Origin: Chlamydia trachomatis
Lineage (GTDB): Bacteria > Chlamydiota > Chlamydiia > Chlamydiales > Rhabdochlamydiaceae
DNA length: 64,000 bases
Direction of reading: 5' to 3'
Assembly: GCA_945905275.1 (NCBI GenBank)
Contig: CAMDPQ010000001.1
Span: forward strand, 30 to 64,029
Position numbers and translations under genes: made by a program. The notes under the pieces are model-generated. The model did no database searches. It saw nothing but the letters and a program-made list of their open reading frames with translations, and was not told the origin of the DNA. Of the stretch, positions 18,413-29,274 are shown in pieces. Each line of letters begins with the position of its first letter. Positions within the stretch are counted from its first letter, which is position 1.

Positions 18413-19786
18413 TTAACGTCCTCTTAATCGCGCTTTTTTCATAAAACCATCATAACGCTTCATAAGAAGATGGGATTCTATTTGCTTACTTGTATCCAAT
18501 ACCACCCCAACTAAGATGAGTAGTGAGGTTCCTCCGAAGAAATAAGCTATACTCTGATCTACTCCTAAAAGAGCCCCTATAAGAGTCGGAGAGATCGCTA
18601 GCAAAGCTAGAAAAACCGCACCGGCAAAAGTGATCTTATTCATTGTAGTCTCTAAAAAATCTTGAGTCGGCTTACCTTGCCGAATTCCCGGAATAAACGC
18701 CCCATTTTTCTTCATATCTGAAGCAATCTGCTCAGGATGAAACTGAGTAGCAGTCCAAAAATAGGTGAAAAACAAAATCAGGGCTATATAAAGAATGGTA
18801 TAGACAATGCTACCAGGAGAGAGCCACTTCGTCATCTGACCCGCCCAGGAGCTGGAACCTAAAAACTGCACAATAGTTGCAGGAAACATCAGCAATGAAC
18901 TAGCAAAAATAACAGGGATGACACCCGCATAATTGATCTTTAACGGTATGTATGCGGTATTAGACTGTTGAGATTCATCACCAGCTATATTTCTACGAGC
19001 ATACTGTAAAGGAATTTTCCTCTGACCTTGTATAATTAAAATTGTACCGACAATAATCGAAACAAAAACAACACATAAAATCAAAAGGGATGACAAAGTA
19101 ATTTGACCGATCTCCTGAGAATCAAGATTCAGCTGACCAAAAATATTACCAACTGTTCTTGGCAGAGAAGAAAGAATACCTAAAGTAATAATCAAACTCA
19201 CCCCGTTACCAATACCTCTAGCCGAAATTTGCTCCCCCATCCACATGAGAATCATCGTGCCCGCTGTCATGGTCGACATGACTACCATATAAAACAAAAA
19301 GGGGACACCAAACACTTGCTTATCCATAAACTCGCTTACGACGATTCCAGGAGAAGATAGATTCAACTGCAAGGCATATTTTGCATATAAAGCAGATTGA
19401 AATAATGCCAACAACACAGTAAGCACTCTTGTCCATCTGCTAAGCTTTCTTTTCCCTGCATCTTGAGTTTCTTTTACTTCCCTTTGGAGAGAAGGAACCA
19501 AAGCCATCATCAACTGCATAATAATTGACGAAGAAATATACGGCATTACTCCTAAAGCAAATATTGTCATCTGAGCAAATGCTCCACCAGAAAACACATC
19601 CATTAACTGGAATAAATTCTGGCCGCCACCGCTTAAACTTTTAAAGGTCTCAATAGTAACGGCACCGTTAATCCCAGGAACAGGAATAAATGTACCTATT
19701 CTACAGGCAGCTAAAACTAAAAGAGTAAACACAATTTTAGTTCGCAAATCCGCAATAGAAAAAATCTTTTTTATTCCTTCGAACAT
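18413..19786 (-). CDS. secY: Preprotein translocase subunit SecY
   Basis: 457 aa, about 10 TM segments, typical SecY N-terminus and position after rplO. Confidence 0.96.
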   Translation of the reverse strand: MFEGIKKIFSIADLRTKIVFTLLVLAACRIGTFIPVPGINGAVTIETFKSLSGGGQNLFQLMDVFSGGAFAQMTIFALGVMPYISSSIIMQLMMALVPSLQREVKETQDAGKRKLSRWTRVLTVLLALFQSALYAKYALQLNLSSPGIVVSEFMDKQVFGVPFLFYMVVMSTMTAGTMILMWMGEQISARGIGNGVSLIITLGILSSLPRTVGNIFGQLNLDSQEIGQITLSSLLILCVVFVSIIVGTILIIQGQRKIPLQYARRNIAGDESQQSNTAYIPLKINYAGVIPVIFASSLLMFPATIVQFLGSSSWAGQMTKWLSPGSIVYTILYIALILFFTYFWTATQFHPEQIASDMKKNGAFIPGIRQGKPTQDFLETTMNKITFAGAVFLALLAISPTLIGALLGVDQSIAYFFGGTSLLILVGVVLDTSKQIESHLLMKRYDGFMKKARLRGR

Positions 19787-19824
19787 GAGTCAACATCCGT
19801 TACTAGAACAATTATTAAAACCAA

Positions 19825-20286
19825 TTAATTAACACTAAGCAGCTTAAATGAAATACCATTTTTCTTAAGCTTTTCTTGCGCTTGAGCAGAAATGCCAACT
19901 GCTTCAATCTCCACTTTCTTGGTTAACTCACCCATAGAAAGTATTTTCAGCCCACCAGTATACACTTGAGTTGCTATTCTTCTATGAATAAGAACACCGA
20001 TATTTACCTTATCCCCGTCGTTAAATAAGTCCTCTATGTCGGAAAGATTTAACGCAAAGATTTTAGACTTAAATTTTGCATTAGTAAATCCTCTGGTCGG
20101 GATTCGTCTATAAAGAGGAAGTTGTCCCCCTTCACGGCCAAATCGTCTTTTATATCCAGAGCGGGCCTTATCACCCTTACTACCTCTGCAGCAGGTTTTT
20201 CCTCTCTTCGACCCATTGCCTCTACCAACTCGCTGAATCTGTTGCTTAGGTCGGTGAGTATTTTTAAGACCTGATAGTGTAAACAT
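19825..20286 (-). CDS. rplO: 50S ribosomal protein L15
   Basis: RVGRGNGSKRGKTCCRGSKG is the uL15 pattern; operon position agrees. Confidence 0.95.
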   Translation of the reverse strand: MFTLSGLKNTHRPKQQIQRVGRGNGSKRGKTCCRGSKGDKARSGYKRRFGREGGQLPLYRRIPTRGFTNAKFKSKIFALNLSDIEDLFNDGDKVNIGVLIHRRIATQVYTGGLKILSMGELTKKVEIEAVGISAQAQEKLKKNGISFKLLSVN

Positions 20287-20780
20287 TACACACCTCTTCT
20301 TGTTAACGTGTCGTGCCGATTCTTAAGACCACCTAAAGCTCTAAGAGTTGCTCTTACTTGATTCAATGGATTACTAGAACCAAAGCTCTTAGCAACAACA
20401 TCTTTTACGCCACCAAGCTCTAGTACTGAACGTACTTTAGATCCTGCAATAACGCCTGTCCCCTCAGGAGCCGGTCTTAAAAGCACTCTAGCTCCATCCC
20501 ACTCAACGGTAGTTTCGTGAGGAATCGTAGTCCCTTCCATTTCAAAAGACATAACATTTTTTCTTGCTGCCTCTGTTCCTTTACGAATTGCATCTGACAC
20601 TTCATTAGCCTTAGCAAAACCAAAACCAATATGACCGTGACCATCGCCAACGAGTATGAGAGCAGAAAAACTAAACTTTCTACCACCCTTTACCACTTTT
20701 GAACATCTATTGATGTAAAGTACTTTCTCTTCGAATTCTGTATCGAAATCTTCAGCACGTTTATTTTTTTGTTGACCCAT
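20286..20780 (-). CDS. rpsE: 30S ribosomal protein S5
   Basis: INRCSKVVKGGRKFSFSALILVGDGHGHIGFGFAKA is the uS5 signature. Confidence 0.97.
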   Translation of the reverse strand: MGQQKNKRAEDFDTEFEEKVLYINRCSKVVKGGRKFSFSALILVGDGHGHIGFGFAKANEVSDAIRKGTEAARKNVMSFEMEGTTIPHETTVEWDGARVLLRPAPEGTGVIAGSKVRSVLELGGVKDVVAKSFGSSNPLNQVRATLRALGGLKNRHDTLTRRGV

Positions 20781-20803
20781 TATTTCCCTTTTCCCTTACA
20801 CGA

Positions 20804-21163
20804 CTAAAACCGTAAACCGGACTCGCGGGCAGCATTGGCTAGCTCAGCAAGTACTCCATGGTATTTATTATAACCACGATCAAAGATGACAGCATGAATA
20901 TTTTGCTTTTTTGCTAACTCAGCAATCATTACCCCAAGCTTTTTCGCAGACTCTTTAGATTTACCCCCGAGAGATTTCTCTTGCAGAGTACCAGCACTCA
21001 CTAAGGTGACAGACTTCTCATCATCGATAATCTGAACACTTAAATGCCTATTAGATTTAAACACACTCATACGAGGTTTTTCAGAAGAACCCCTAACTTT
21101 TTTTCTCACACGCAGAAGTCTTCGACCTCTTTGTATATCTCGTTTCTTAATACTGTTATCCAT
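20804..21163 (-). CDS. rplR: 50S ribosomal protein L18
   Basis: PRMSVFKSNRHLSVQIIDD...VIFDRGYNKYHGVLAELANAARESGLRF. Confidence 0.96.
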   Translation of the reverse strand: MDNSIKKRDIQRGRRLLRVRKKVRGSSEKPRMSVFKSNRHLSVQIIDDEKSVTLVSAGTLQEKSLGGKSKESAKKLGVMIAELAKKQNIHAVIFDRGYNKYHGVLAELANAARESGLRF

Positions 21164-21171
21164 GAGACTTA

Positions 21172-21723
21172 CTACCCTGTTTTACCTTTTGCTGCTTTAC
21201 CCGCTTTCTTACGTACATGCTCATTCTCATAACGTATGCCTTTACCTTTGTAAGGTTCAGGAGCTCTCTTAGCTCTTATGGCAGCAGCAAACTGACCAAC
21301 TGTATGTTTATTAGAACCCGTAATAGTAATTGCCGTACTTTTCTCAATGGCGATCTGCACTGTTTGAGGAATGTCGATTTGCACAGGATGAGAAAACCCA
21401 AGCTGCAAATCGAGCTTTTGCCCTTGAACTGTGGCCCTATAACCAACACCGATAAGCAGCAATTTTTTTACAAATCCCTTGCTTACGCCGATGATCATAT
21501 TGTTAAGCAAAGATCTATAGAGGCCGTGAAATGCGCCAGGTATATCTTTGCTTTCATCTACTTCAACAGTAGCTTTATCATTTTCAATTTTTACGAACAC
21601 ACCGTCTTTAACTTCTTGCGAAAGATCACCTTTAGGACCTTTAACATGCAAAATGTTTCCGACCAGTTCAATTTTTATTCCTGCCGGAACTAGAATTGGA
21701 ATTTTACCTAAGCGAGACATCAA
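21172..21723 (-). CDS. rplF: 50S ribosomal protein L6
   Basis: MSRLGKIPILVPAGIKI...VGYRA...LGFSHP; operon position agrees. Confidence 0.96.
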   Translation of the reverse strand: MMSRLGKIPILVPAGIKIELVGNILHVKGPKGDLSQEVKDGVFVKIENDKATVEVDESKDIPGAFHGLYRSLLNNMIIGVSKGFVKKLLLIGVGYRATVQGQKLDLQLGFSHPVQIDIPQTVQIAIEKSTAITITGSNKHTVGQFAAAIRAKRAPEPYKGKGIRYENEHVRKKAGKAAKGKTG

Positions 21724-21738
21724 TTACCTATTTTCCTC

Positions 21739-22131
21739 TTACCAAATATAACAAAGGAGCTCTCCACCCACTTTAAGCTTTCTAGCCGTTTCGCCATCAA
21801 TAATTCCTTTGGGTGTTGAAAGAATTACAAGGCCCATCCCACCGTCAATCTTTGGGATAAATTTATGTCCTACATATCTTCTAAGACCTGGAGAAGACAT
21901 TCTTTTAAGACCAAAAATCACGGGATCTCTTCCATCTGCGTACTTCAAAAAAGCACGCGCTTTCTTATTCTCTTCATTAATAAGATAATTCTCTATAAAT
22001 CCTCTATCTTTCAGGACCTTAAGAATATTCAGCTTCAAATTACTATGCGGAAAATCCACATATCTGTGCTTTGCTTTAACTGCATTTCTTATTCTTGTTA
22101 AAAGATCTGCAACAGGATCACTTAATGCCAT
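21739..22131 (-). CDS. rpsH: 30S ribosomal protein S8
   Basis: DPVADLLTRIRNA...GGELLCYIW are uS8 signatures. Confidence 0.97.
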   Translation of the reverse strand: MALSDPVADLLTRIRNAVKAKHRYVDFPHSNLKLNILKVLKDRGFIENYLINEENKKARAFLKYADGRDPVIFGLKRMSSPGLRRYVGHKFIPKIDGGMGLVILSTPKGIIDGETARKLKVGGELLCYIW

Positions 22132-22147
22132 TTTTTCCTCTTAGTAG

Positions 22148-22693
22148 TTATTCAGTTTTAAAAGGGAAGCCAAGATGAGTCAAAAGCTCAACACATTCCT
22201 GGTCCGTTTTTGCGGAGGTAACAAATGTAATATTCATCCCCTGCGTTCTCTTAACTGAGTCCAAGTTGATCTCAGGAAATGCAATTTGCTCTTGAATCCC
22301 TATTGAATAACTCCCTCTTCCATCACACTTCACAGGAAAACCTCTAAAGTCGCGTATACGAGGAGAAACAATATGACAAAAACGATCAAGGAAATCAAAC
22401 ATCCGCTTTCTTCTAAGCGTTACTTTTATTCCGTTTGCTTGACCTTCTCTTAACTTAAAGTTAGCAATCGCTTTTTTTGCATTGATTAAAATTGGTTTCT
22501 GGCCAGAAATCTGAGCCATTTCTTTTAAACAATCCTGAACCGCATTCTTATCTTTAGAAGCCTCAGCGATACCCATGCTGATTACAATCTTCTTAAGCGA
22601 AGGAATCAACATTGGATTTACGTAATTAAACTTCTCTTGAAGCTTGAGTTTGACTTCATCCTTATATTTCTTTTGAGCTCTAGACATGGCCAC
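22148..22693 (-). CDS. rplE: 50S ribosomal protein L5
   Basis: [17 protein letters not shown]...FRGF...[18 protein letters not shown] are uL5 signatures. Confidence 0.97.
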   Translation of the reverse strand: MAMSRAQKKYKDEVKLKLQEKFNYVNPMLIPSLKKIVISMGIAEASKDKNAVQDCLKEMAQISGQKPILINAKKAIANFKLREGQANGIKVTLRRKRMFDFLDRFCHIVSPRIRDFRGFPVKCDGRGSYSIGIQEQIAFPEINLDSVKRTQGMNITFVTSAKTDQECVELLTHLGFPFKTE

Positions 22694-23451
22694 TTCTACT
22701 TATTTTGTTTTCATAATTGTATGTTAAATTTACTTTCCTGGCAGACAGACTACGCAACTTGCACTTTAGTGTCACGCTGTATGTGATGTGTTTGTACAAA
22801 TAGCTAACAATTACAGCTGCTTCCACTATCACTTTAACCTAGTCTTTCTAACCAATCTCCACCTCAAAACAGGATCATCTTCGCAAATTCCCAGGTCATC
22901 AATAATGAATAGGTCATTCTTAACATTCCGAAGTTGGCATATCCTACACAATTCACTTTCAAGAGGTGTTCTTTGCATTACTTCGCTGTACCAGCATACG
23001 GATCTAAACCAAAACCTGCACTAGGAAAATGGATATTTTAATTAAAAAGGCAGATTTTATGCAGTTTTTTACCAAACACAAAAGCAAAACCTTTTTTTTA
23101 TTCAACCTTTCCTACGCACTTTTAACCTGGCATATGACCTTTAAAAGACCTTTTAGACATAAACCACAAAGAACTTTAAAGCTTTCAGTCTGCTTACACT
23201 TTTACACCCAAAGAACAGCCTAAAACAGATCCTCGATTTGGTGCCGGCTATATAATCAACCGACACACCATAACATTTGATAGGCTGGCCTTATATTGAA
23301 CTTTTCAATAAGATCCACTGGTTACTAAAAAAACTATCAAACTTTTAATCTTACCCTCATATTGATCAGAACGCCTGATCAAGTGCAAAGTGTAGCACTT
23401 TCTTTTAAACACGAATTACATCGCTTCCTAATTAGGGAAACAGTCGCAAAA

Positions 23452-23784
23452 CTAGACAGCTTTCTTAATTACGCGGTGAACAATCGTTTCTTGTCCGTCG
23501 ATGAAGTACAATTGTTTTTCACCTTCAGCACTAAATCTGACTTTCACTTTTATAGACTTACCATCCGCATTACATAGGCAGAGATTTGATACGTGGATCG
23601 GCTTTTCCATTTCTATAATTTCACCGGCACCCACTTTCGATCGTCTTTTCATATGTTTTTTTCTAATATTTATGCCTTGAATGACAACTTTCTCCCCTTG
23701 AACAGAAAGAACTTCCCCACTCTTGCCGCGATTACTACCAGCGATAATTACTACTTTATCGCCTTTTCTTATCCATTTACTCAT
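23452..23784 (-). CDS. rplX: 50S ribosomal protein L24
   Basis: IRKGDKVVIIAGSNRGKSGEVLSV is the KOW motif of uL24. Confidence 0.95.
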   Translation of the reverse strand: MSKWIRKGDKVVIIAGSNRGKSGEVLSVQGEKVVIQGINIRKKHMKRRSKVGAGEIIEMEKPIHVSNLCLCNADGKSIKVKVRFSAEGEKQLYFIDGQETIVHRVIKKAV

Positions 23785-23795
23785 ATTGCCCGCTC

Positions 23796-24164
23796 CTAAA
23801 TGACTTCTGGTGCAAGAGAACTAATCTTTACGAAACCACCCTCACGAACTTCTCGTGCAACAGGTCCAAATATACGAGTTCCCTTAGGATTATCTTTCTC
23901 GTCAATGATTACACAGCTATTATCATAAAAACGGATCATAGATCCATCAGCTCTACGAATATAACTCTTCGTACGAACGATAACGGCTTTAACTACATCA
24001 CCCTTTTTAACACTGCCTTTTGGATCTGCTTCCTTCACAGAGCAAACGATTACATCGCCTACACCGGCATACCTTCTTTTAGAGCCTTTAAGTACTTTAA
24101 AGCACTTAACTCTCTTGGCACCGGTATTATCTGCTACTTCCAAATCACTTTCTTGTTGGATCAT
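23796..24164 (-). CDS. rplN: 50S ribosomal protein L14
   Basis: [28 protein letters not shown]...[12 protein letters not shown]. Confidence 0.97.
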   Translation of the reverse strand: MIQQESDLEVADNTGAKRVKCFKVLKGSKRRYAGVGDVIVCSVKEADPKGSVKKGDVVKAVIVRTKSYIRRADGSMIRFYDNSCVIIDEKDNPKGTRIFGPVAREVREGGFVKISSLAPEVI

Positions 24165-24197
24165 GATCTTCTCTCTACTAAAACGTTAAAAAATTTA

Positions 24198-24458
24198 TTA
24201 CACTAACAGCTCTACAACTCTCCATCTCTTAAGCTTAGAGAGAGGGCGGGTTTCAACAATTCTTACTTTCTGCCCTTCAGGAATATCTTGGCTATTTTCT
24301 GCATGAGCATAATATTTTTTAGCTCGTGTAATAACTTTACCAAAATGTTGGTGCCTTAGAGTCCTTTCAACTTTGACAGTCACTGTCTTTTGCATCTTAT
24401 TAGAAACAACGACACCTTCTTTGACCTTGCGAGCATTTTTTATAACTACTTGTTCCAT
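24198..24458 (-). CDS. rpsQ: 30S ribosomal protein S17
   Basis: [28 protein letters not shown]...[12 protein letters not shown]. Confidence 0.96.
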   Translation of the reverse strand: MEQVVIKNARKVKEGVVVSNKMQKTVTVKVERTLRHQHFGKVITRAKKYYAHAENSQDIPEGQKVRIVETRPLSKLKRWRVVELLV

Positions 24459-24466
24459 GATATCCT

Positions 24467-24670
24467 CTATGAATTCGCTTCGGTTTTTTCACTAATGATA
24501 GTGAGCACTCTGGCTCGATCTTTCTTCAAGCCTTTAAGAAGATGAGGTTTCTCTAATTTTTTAGCAATTTTCCATTCATTCTTCATGCGATAAATCGCCT
24601 TAGAAAGATCGACATCAAGAGTTTTTAGCTCTGGTATAGATTTTTCTCTTAAACTACTTAGTTCGTGCAT
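24467..24670 (-). CDS. rpmC: 50S ribosomal protein L29
   Basis: 67 aa helical protein lying between rplP and rpsQ; the LREKS..EL..L pattern matches uL29. Confidence 0.9.
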   Translation of the reverse strand: MHELSSLREKSIPELKTLDVDLSKAIYRMKNEWKIAKKLEKPHLLKGLKKDRARVLTIISEKTEANS

Positions 24671-24684
24671 TTCCTCAACCTGGG

Positions 24685-25104
24685 TTAGACTCTTTCAACT
24701 CTTTCAACAAATCTTGTTTTGATGGGAAGCTTTGCTGCCGCTCTTCTTAAAGCATTTTGCGCCATTTCCTTAGGAACATTACCTACTTCAAACAAAATTC
24801 TTCCAGGTCTAATCACAGCTACCCAATGATCAGGAGCTCCTTTACCTTTACCCATTCTCGTTTCAGCAGGTTTTTTAGAAACAGACTTATCAGGAAAAAT
24901 TCTAATCCAAACTTTTCCACGTCTGTTAAAATATCTATTAATTGCTACTCGGCACGCTTCGATTTGGTGCTGCGTAATCCTCCCTCTTTCAAGAGATTGC
25001 ATGGCATAATCACCAAAATCAACAAAGTTTGCCGCTCTGCTGAGGCCAGCCATCTGGCCTTTTTGCATTTTTCTGTATTTCGTTCTGACTGGCATCAAGG
25101 CCAT
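24685..25104 (-). CDS. rplP: 50S ribosomal protein L16
   Basis: [13 protein letters not shown]...[24 protein letters not shown]. Confidence 0.97.
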   Translation of the reverse strand: MALMPVRTKYRKMQKGQMAGLSRAANFVDFGDYAMQSLERGRITQHQIEACRVAINRYFNRRGKVWIRIFPDKSVSKKPAETRMGKGKGAPDHWVAVIRPGRILFEVGNVPKEMAQNALRRAAAKLPIKTRFVERVERV

Positions 25105-25105
25105 A

Positions 25106-25753
25106 TTAGCCTCCTACTGATCTGCTTTGAGTTTCTTCACCGCGGTTGATCCAAACTTTTACTCCAATTGAGCCGTAAGTCGTCTCCGCTCTTCCTGTTG
25201 CGTAATCAATATCCGCTCTAAGTGTTTGAAGAGGGATTCTTCCTTCCTTATACCACTCTGTCCTTGCAATCTCAGCTCCACCGATACGACCGGAAACTTG
25301 CACTTTAATACCAGCCGCGCCAGCGTCCATCGAAGCTTGCATAGATTTTTTCATAATTCTTCTAAAAGGAATCCTACGCTCTAGTTGCTTGGCCATACCT
25401 TCAGCAACCAATCTAGCATCTAGATCTGGTCTTTTGATCTCATCCACTTCAATCCAGATCTCTTTACCAGTAAGCTTTTTGAGTTCACCTTTTAGAACAT
25501 CAATTTCCGCGCCTTTTTTACCAATTACCAATCCAGGTCTTGCAGTATGAATTGTAACTTCTACCTTATCACTCATTCTCTTAATAGAGATCTGAGAAGT
25601 GCCTTGGCAGCATGGTTTTTTTATAAGGTATTCACGGATAATTCTATCTTCACCAATTAACGAGCCAAACTCTTGTTTATTGGCATACCAAGTAGACTTC
25701 CACTTTTTATTCAGTGCTAATCTGAAGCCTGTCGGGGAAGTTTTTTGTCCCAT
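25106..25753 (-). CDS. rpsC: 30S ribosomal protein S3
   Basis: [12 protein letters not shown]...KH-domain [11 protein letters not shown]...[10 protein letters not shown]. Confidence 0.97.
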   Translation of the reverse strand: MGQKTSPTGFRLALNKKWKSTWYANKQEFGSLIGEDRIIREYLIKKPCCQGTSQISIKRMSDKVEVTIHTARPGLVIGKKGAEIDVLKGELKKLTGKEIWIEVDEIKRPDLDARLVAEGMAKQLERRIPFRRIMKKSMQASMDAGAAGIKVQVSGRIGGAEIARTEWYKEGRIPLQTLRADIDYATGRAETTYGSIGVKVWINRGEETQSRSVGG

Positions 25754-25778
25754 TCTTTCTCCTTAACAATCTTTACTT

Positions 25779-26114
25779 TTACTCAGCTGACACAACTATT
25801 GTGAAATGACTTGTTCTTTTCATTACGGGGACTCTTCCACCTTTACTTTTGGACTTCGCCCTTTTCAGCACTGGACCCGCGTCAACACGCACCTCTTTTA
25901 CTAACAAGTCTCTTCTCTGAACTTTCAGCTGTGTTTCTGCATTTGCAATTGCACTATGTAAAGTTTTGAAAAGAAGCTTTCCAGCCTTTAACTGAGATGC
26001 CATTAACTGAAGAGCGGCATCTTCCACTTTCATTCCGCGAATAATATCAGCTGCGAGTCTTGCCTTACGAGGCGGAACTCTAACATACTTTGTTATTGCT
26101 GTAGCTGTTTGCAT
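25779..26114 (-). CDS. rplV: 50S ribosomal protein L22
   Basis: VRVPPRKARLAADIIRG...GPVLKRAKSKSKGGRVPVMKRTSH. Confidence 0.96.
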   Translation of the reverse strand: MQTATAITKYVRVPPRKARLAADIIRGMKVEDAALQLMASQLKAGKLLFKTLHSAIANAETQLKVQRRDLLVKEVRVDAGPVLKRAKSKSKGGRVPVMKRTSHFTIVVSAE

Positions 26115-26132
26115 ACATGTACCTTTTATAAG

Positions 26133-26423
26133 TTATTTGCTGCCTGAGCTGCTTGATTCTGTTTTCTTAGCTCCATGGCCTTTGAACGTTCTTGTTGGAG
26201 AAAATTCTCCAAGTCTGTGTCCCACCATATTCTCAGACACAAAAACAGATATAAACTTTTTCCCGTTGTGGACATCGAAAGTATGACCTATCATCTCAGG
26301 GAGAATCATAGATCTTCTTGACCAAGTTTTAATTGGTTTTTTTGTCTCTGTCTTATTTAACTTTTCCACTTTGTTTTGTAAATGATGCTCAACAAAAGGA
26401 CCTTTTCTTAGTGATCTACCCAT
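26133..26423 (-). CDS. rpsS: 30S ribosomal protein S19
   Basis: [15 protein letters not shown]...[26 protein letters not shown] use Met-13 of the track ORF (ATG 26423), which removes the overlap with rplB. Confidence 0.95.
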   Translation of the reverse strand: MGRSLRKGPFVEHHLQNKVEKLNKTETKKPIKTWSRRSMILPEMIGHTFDVHNGKKFISVFVSENMVGHRLGEFSPTRTFKGHGAKKTESSSSGSK

Positions 26424-26431
26424 AGACTCCT

Positions 26432-27277
26432 CTATTTCCTGCGATCTTTGATGATCCATTTAGTAGTTTTACGTTTGGATCTCGTCTTATAACCTTTAGT
26501 ATACTGCGCCCATGGTGTTTGAGGGATGTAACCATTATGCTTACCTTCACCACCACCGTGAGGGTGATCAACAGGGTTCATAGCAGTACCACGAACAGTC
26601 GGACGGACGCCCTTCCATCTCATTCTTCCTGCTTTCCCTTCAACTCTCAGCCTTCTATCTGCATTAGAAAGAACTCCAAAAGAAGCCTTGCAATCTTCAT
26701 TGATCAGCCTGATTTCACCGGAAGGCATCTTTACTGTTACGTAACCACCACTTTTCGCCATCAACTGAGCCGATAAACCAGCAGAGCGAACTAGCTTACC
26801 TCCCTTACCAGGAATAAGCTCAATATTGTGAATAGTAGAGCCAAGAGGCATACATTTTAACTGCATGCAGCACCCTACATTAAAAGGAGGCTCTGCACTT
26901 GTAGAAACAACATCACCTTTTTTCAAGCCTTGAGGAGCAAGAATATACGTCTTTACGCCATCAGCATAGTTAATAAGAGCAATATGCGCAGTTCGATTTG
27001 GATCATACTCAATAGACGCCACTGTCGCAGGGATATTTTCCTTATCTCTTTTAAAGTCGATAAGTCGGTAAGCTTTTTTATGTCCGCCACCTTTATGTCT
27101 ACATGTGATGTGTCCATGGTGGTTTCTGCCATTCGTCACTACTTTTTTTACAAGAAGTGATTTCTCTGGTGCCGGAGTCGCTCTCTTTGATTTGCCTACT
27201 CCACGAGTCAACTGTTCATTGCCGTTTAAGACTAAGTGTCTAGTGCTCGGAGTTATTGGACGAAATTTTTTTGTCAT
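26432..27277 (-). CDS. rplB: 50S ribosomal protein L2
   Basis: [19 protein letters not shown]...[14 protein letters not shown]. Confidence 0.98.
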   Translation of the reverse strand: MTKKFRPITPSTRHLVLNGNEQLTRGVGKSKRATPAPEKSLLVKKVVTNGRNHHGHITCRHKGGGHKKAYRLIDFKRDKENIPATVASIEYDPNRTAHIALINYADGVKTYILAPQGLKKGDVVSTSAEPPFNVGCCMQLKCMPLGSTIHNIELIPGKGGKLVRSAGLSAQLMAKSGGYVTVKMPSGEIRLINEDCKASFGVLSNADRRLRVEGKAGRMRWKGVRPTVRGTAMNPVDHPHGGGEGKHNGYIPQTPWAQYTKGYKTRSKRKTTKWIIKDRRK

Positions 27278-27302
27278 AGTTTACTGCAACCTTTCATTCT
27301 GC

Positions 27303-27641
27303 TTAAACATTATCATCAATTGAATCACCTGTCTCAAAAGTCACTATCGCTTTTTTAAAAGCGGACTTGAAACCAGTTCTTCCTCGAACGCGTCTTTCTT
27401 TCTGTTTGACGTTAATGGTGTTTACAGAAAGGACCTTCACCTTCTTATCGGCATAAATTTCTTCTACCGCTTTGGCAATTTGAAACTTACTTGCCTTCTT
27501 GTCTACAACAAAAACGTACTTAGGAGCTTGACATTTCTTGACGCAAGGATTGCTTGCATTAAATTGGAGCTGCTCAAGAACTCTTGCTTTCTCTGTTACA
27601 TGTCTGTTTTTTATGATGTCAAAAGCATTTCTCTTATTCAT
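27303..27641 (-). CDS. rplW: 50S ribosomal protein L23
   Basis: 112 aa. DIIKNRHVTEKA...KVLSVNT pattern and position between rplD and rplB. Confidence 0.93.
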   Translation of the reverse strand: MNKRNAFDIIKNRHVTEKARVLEQLQFNASNPCVKKCQAPKYVFVVDKKASKFQIAKAVEEIYADKKVKVLSVNTINVKQKERRVRGRTGFKSAFKKAIVTFETGDSIDDNV

Positions 27642-27645
27642 AAAT

Positions 27646-28332
27646 TTACTTTTTTCCTCCTAGGAGCATCATCAATTCATCACATGCCGTATCTAACACT
27701 ATGATATCTTGATGGAGAGCTAACTCGTAACCGTTTACATTTGGAACGTAACCAAAATCTGCTTTTGCTATATTCCTTAAACTAAGAAATAAACTCTGAT
27801 GTCTTTCTGAAGGGAAAGAGATGTCGCTCTGATCTTTGCTAGGCAAAATAGAGGCATCAGCCAGAAATAGCACTCTCTTAGCATCTAATCCTCTCACTTT
27901 CAAGAAATCACTGAGCAATTGCGTTTTCGGCTCATGAAGAGAACTGCAATCCAACACATGCACTTTCTGACCGGCAATTTTTTCGACTAGCAAATGCCTA
28001 ATAGCGGCTTGTCTTTCTTTTTTATTTACTTTCACATGCTGATCAAACTTAGGTTTGGGAGCATGGACTCGTCCACCACCTTTATACTGAGGAGCTCCGA
28101 GGTAACCCTGACGAGCTTTACCGGTTCCTTTCTGAGGGTGGGGCTTTTGACCTGAGTGACTCACTTCAGGGCGCGACTGCGTATTCGCAGACCACTGTCT
28201 AGCATTCGCTCGAATCGCTGTAATGTAATCCTTTATCAACTGCGCATTAACCGAAGACTCCAAATAGCCATCTTCAATTTTCAGTTCTCCAACTTCAGCG
28301 CCAGTGAGATTGTATTTCTTTAGTACTGCCAC
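27646..28332 (-). CDS. rplD: 50S ribosomal protein L4
   Basis: SGQKPHPQKGTGKARQGYLGAPQYKGGGRVHAPKP is the uL4 signature. Confidence 0.96.
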   Translation of the reverse strand: MAVLKKYNLTGAEVGELKIEDGYLESSVNAQLIKDYITAIRANARQWSANTQSRPEVSHSGQKPHPQKGTGKARQGYLGAPQYKGGGRVHAPKPKFDQHVKVNKKERQAAIRHLLVEKIAGQKVHVLDCSSLHEPKTQLLSDFLKVRGLDAKRVLFLADASILPSKDQSDISFPSERHQSLFLSLRNIAKADFGYVPNVNGYELALHQDIIVLDTACDELMMLLGGKK

Positions 28333-28342
28333 AACTCAACTC

Positions 28343-29008
28343 CTAACCTTTCTTTTTCTGTTTCGAAGCGCTCATCTTCTTCGCTTTCGCAATATACACC
28401 AAGGATTCTCTAGCACCGGGAACAGCGCCTTCAACCAGAATAACCTGTTTTTCTTCATCGACTCTCACAATCCTAAGATTCTGAACTGTCATCTTCTTTC
28501 CACCCATACGACCAGACTTTTTCTGACCAGGGAGGCAGCGACCAGGAGTTGTTCTCATACCACAAGATCCACCATGTCGATGAAAACCAGATCCATGGGA
28601 TGCAGGTCCACCAGCAAAGTTGTGACGTTTAATAACACCTTGATGCCCCTTACCTATAGTTACTGCAGACACGTCTACGTAGTTACAGTCGGAAAAATAC
28701 CCCACAGTAACTTCTTGTCCTATTGCATATTCACTTGCATCTAACACGCGGGACTCTTTTAGACGCTTTCTAGGCTCAACGTTAATTTTCTTAAAAAATC
28801 CTTGAAGAGGCTTCGATACATTCCGCGCTCTGGATGCGGAAAGTTTAACAGCAGAAAGCAATACGCTTTCATAACCGCTATCCTTTTTAGTTTGAATCTT
28901 TGAAATGATATTGGGTTCTGCAGAGATGACAGTACAAACTACAACGTTGCCTTCATCATCAAATGCTTGCATCATTCCTTTTTTCGTTCCCATTAACGTT
29001 AGGCTCAT
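28343..29008 (-). CDS. rplC: 50S ribosomal protein L3
   Basis: MGTKKGMMQAFD...TIGKGHQGVIKRHNFAGGPASHGS...PGQKKSGRMGG. Confidence 0.97.
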   Translation of the reverse strand: MSLTLMGTKKGMMQAFDDEGNVVVCTVISAEPNIISKIQTKKDSGYESVLLSAVKLSASRARNVSKPLQGFFKKINVEPRKRLKESRVLDASEYAIGQEVTVGYFSDCNYVDVSAVTIGKGHQGVIKRHNFAGGPASHGSGFHRHGGSCGMRTTPGRCLPGQKKSGRMGGKKMTVQNLRIVRVDEEKQVILVEGAVPGARESLVYIAKAKKMSASKQKKKG

Positions 29009-29274
29009 ATATTTACCTTTATCTGAATTCGCTGTTATTGATTCACTAACTAGTGATTTTCTTCTGAGGCAAGAACATTGACAGCGACAAGATTATGTTA
29101 GAGTTAAATTCTCGTCTAAATGCCTTACTTGAAGGCCAAAGCGAAAAGGCTATCAAAAGTCTTGATTTATTCACAATCAAAAATTGCATAGCATGCGAGC
29201 TTAACGCTCATTAATAACTCTAGAAAAAGAGGTTCTTCTAAAGTTACCTCCATTTATTTGTACTTCGCTATCAC

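Noticed and set aside
21217-21693. 158-aa + strand ORF, with similar long antisense ORFs at 15066..15488, 24757..25149, 28304..28744 and 13934..14371
   Set aside because: Each lies entirely antisense to a confidently identified gene (rplF, gapA, rplP, rplC/rplD, or the charged hypothetical protein). Their translations are compositionally odd (rich in F/L/S/R/C), as expected from the reverse frame of real genes.
22132-22147. Absence of rpsN (S14) between rplE and rpsH; likewise no rpsJ upstream of rplC and no infA/rpmJ between secY and rpsM (18288-18412)
   Set aside because: From memory, Chlamydia has the same operon layout, so this is a lineage trait rather than an anomaly. The 125-bp secY-rpsM gap cannot hold rpmJ in any frame I read.
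22788-23577. Three + strand ORFs (78, 64 and 71 aa) inside the rplX-rplE spacer
   Set aside because: They run opposite to the operon, their translations are low-complexity and non-protein-like, and the third runs into rplX antisense. The spacer itself is kept as a finding.
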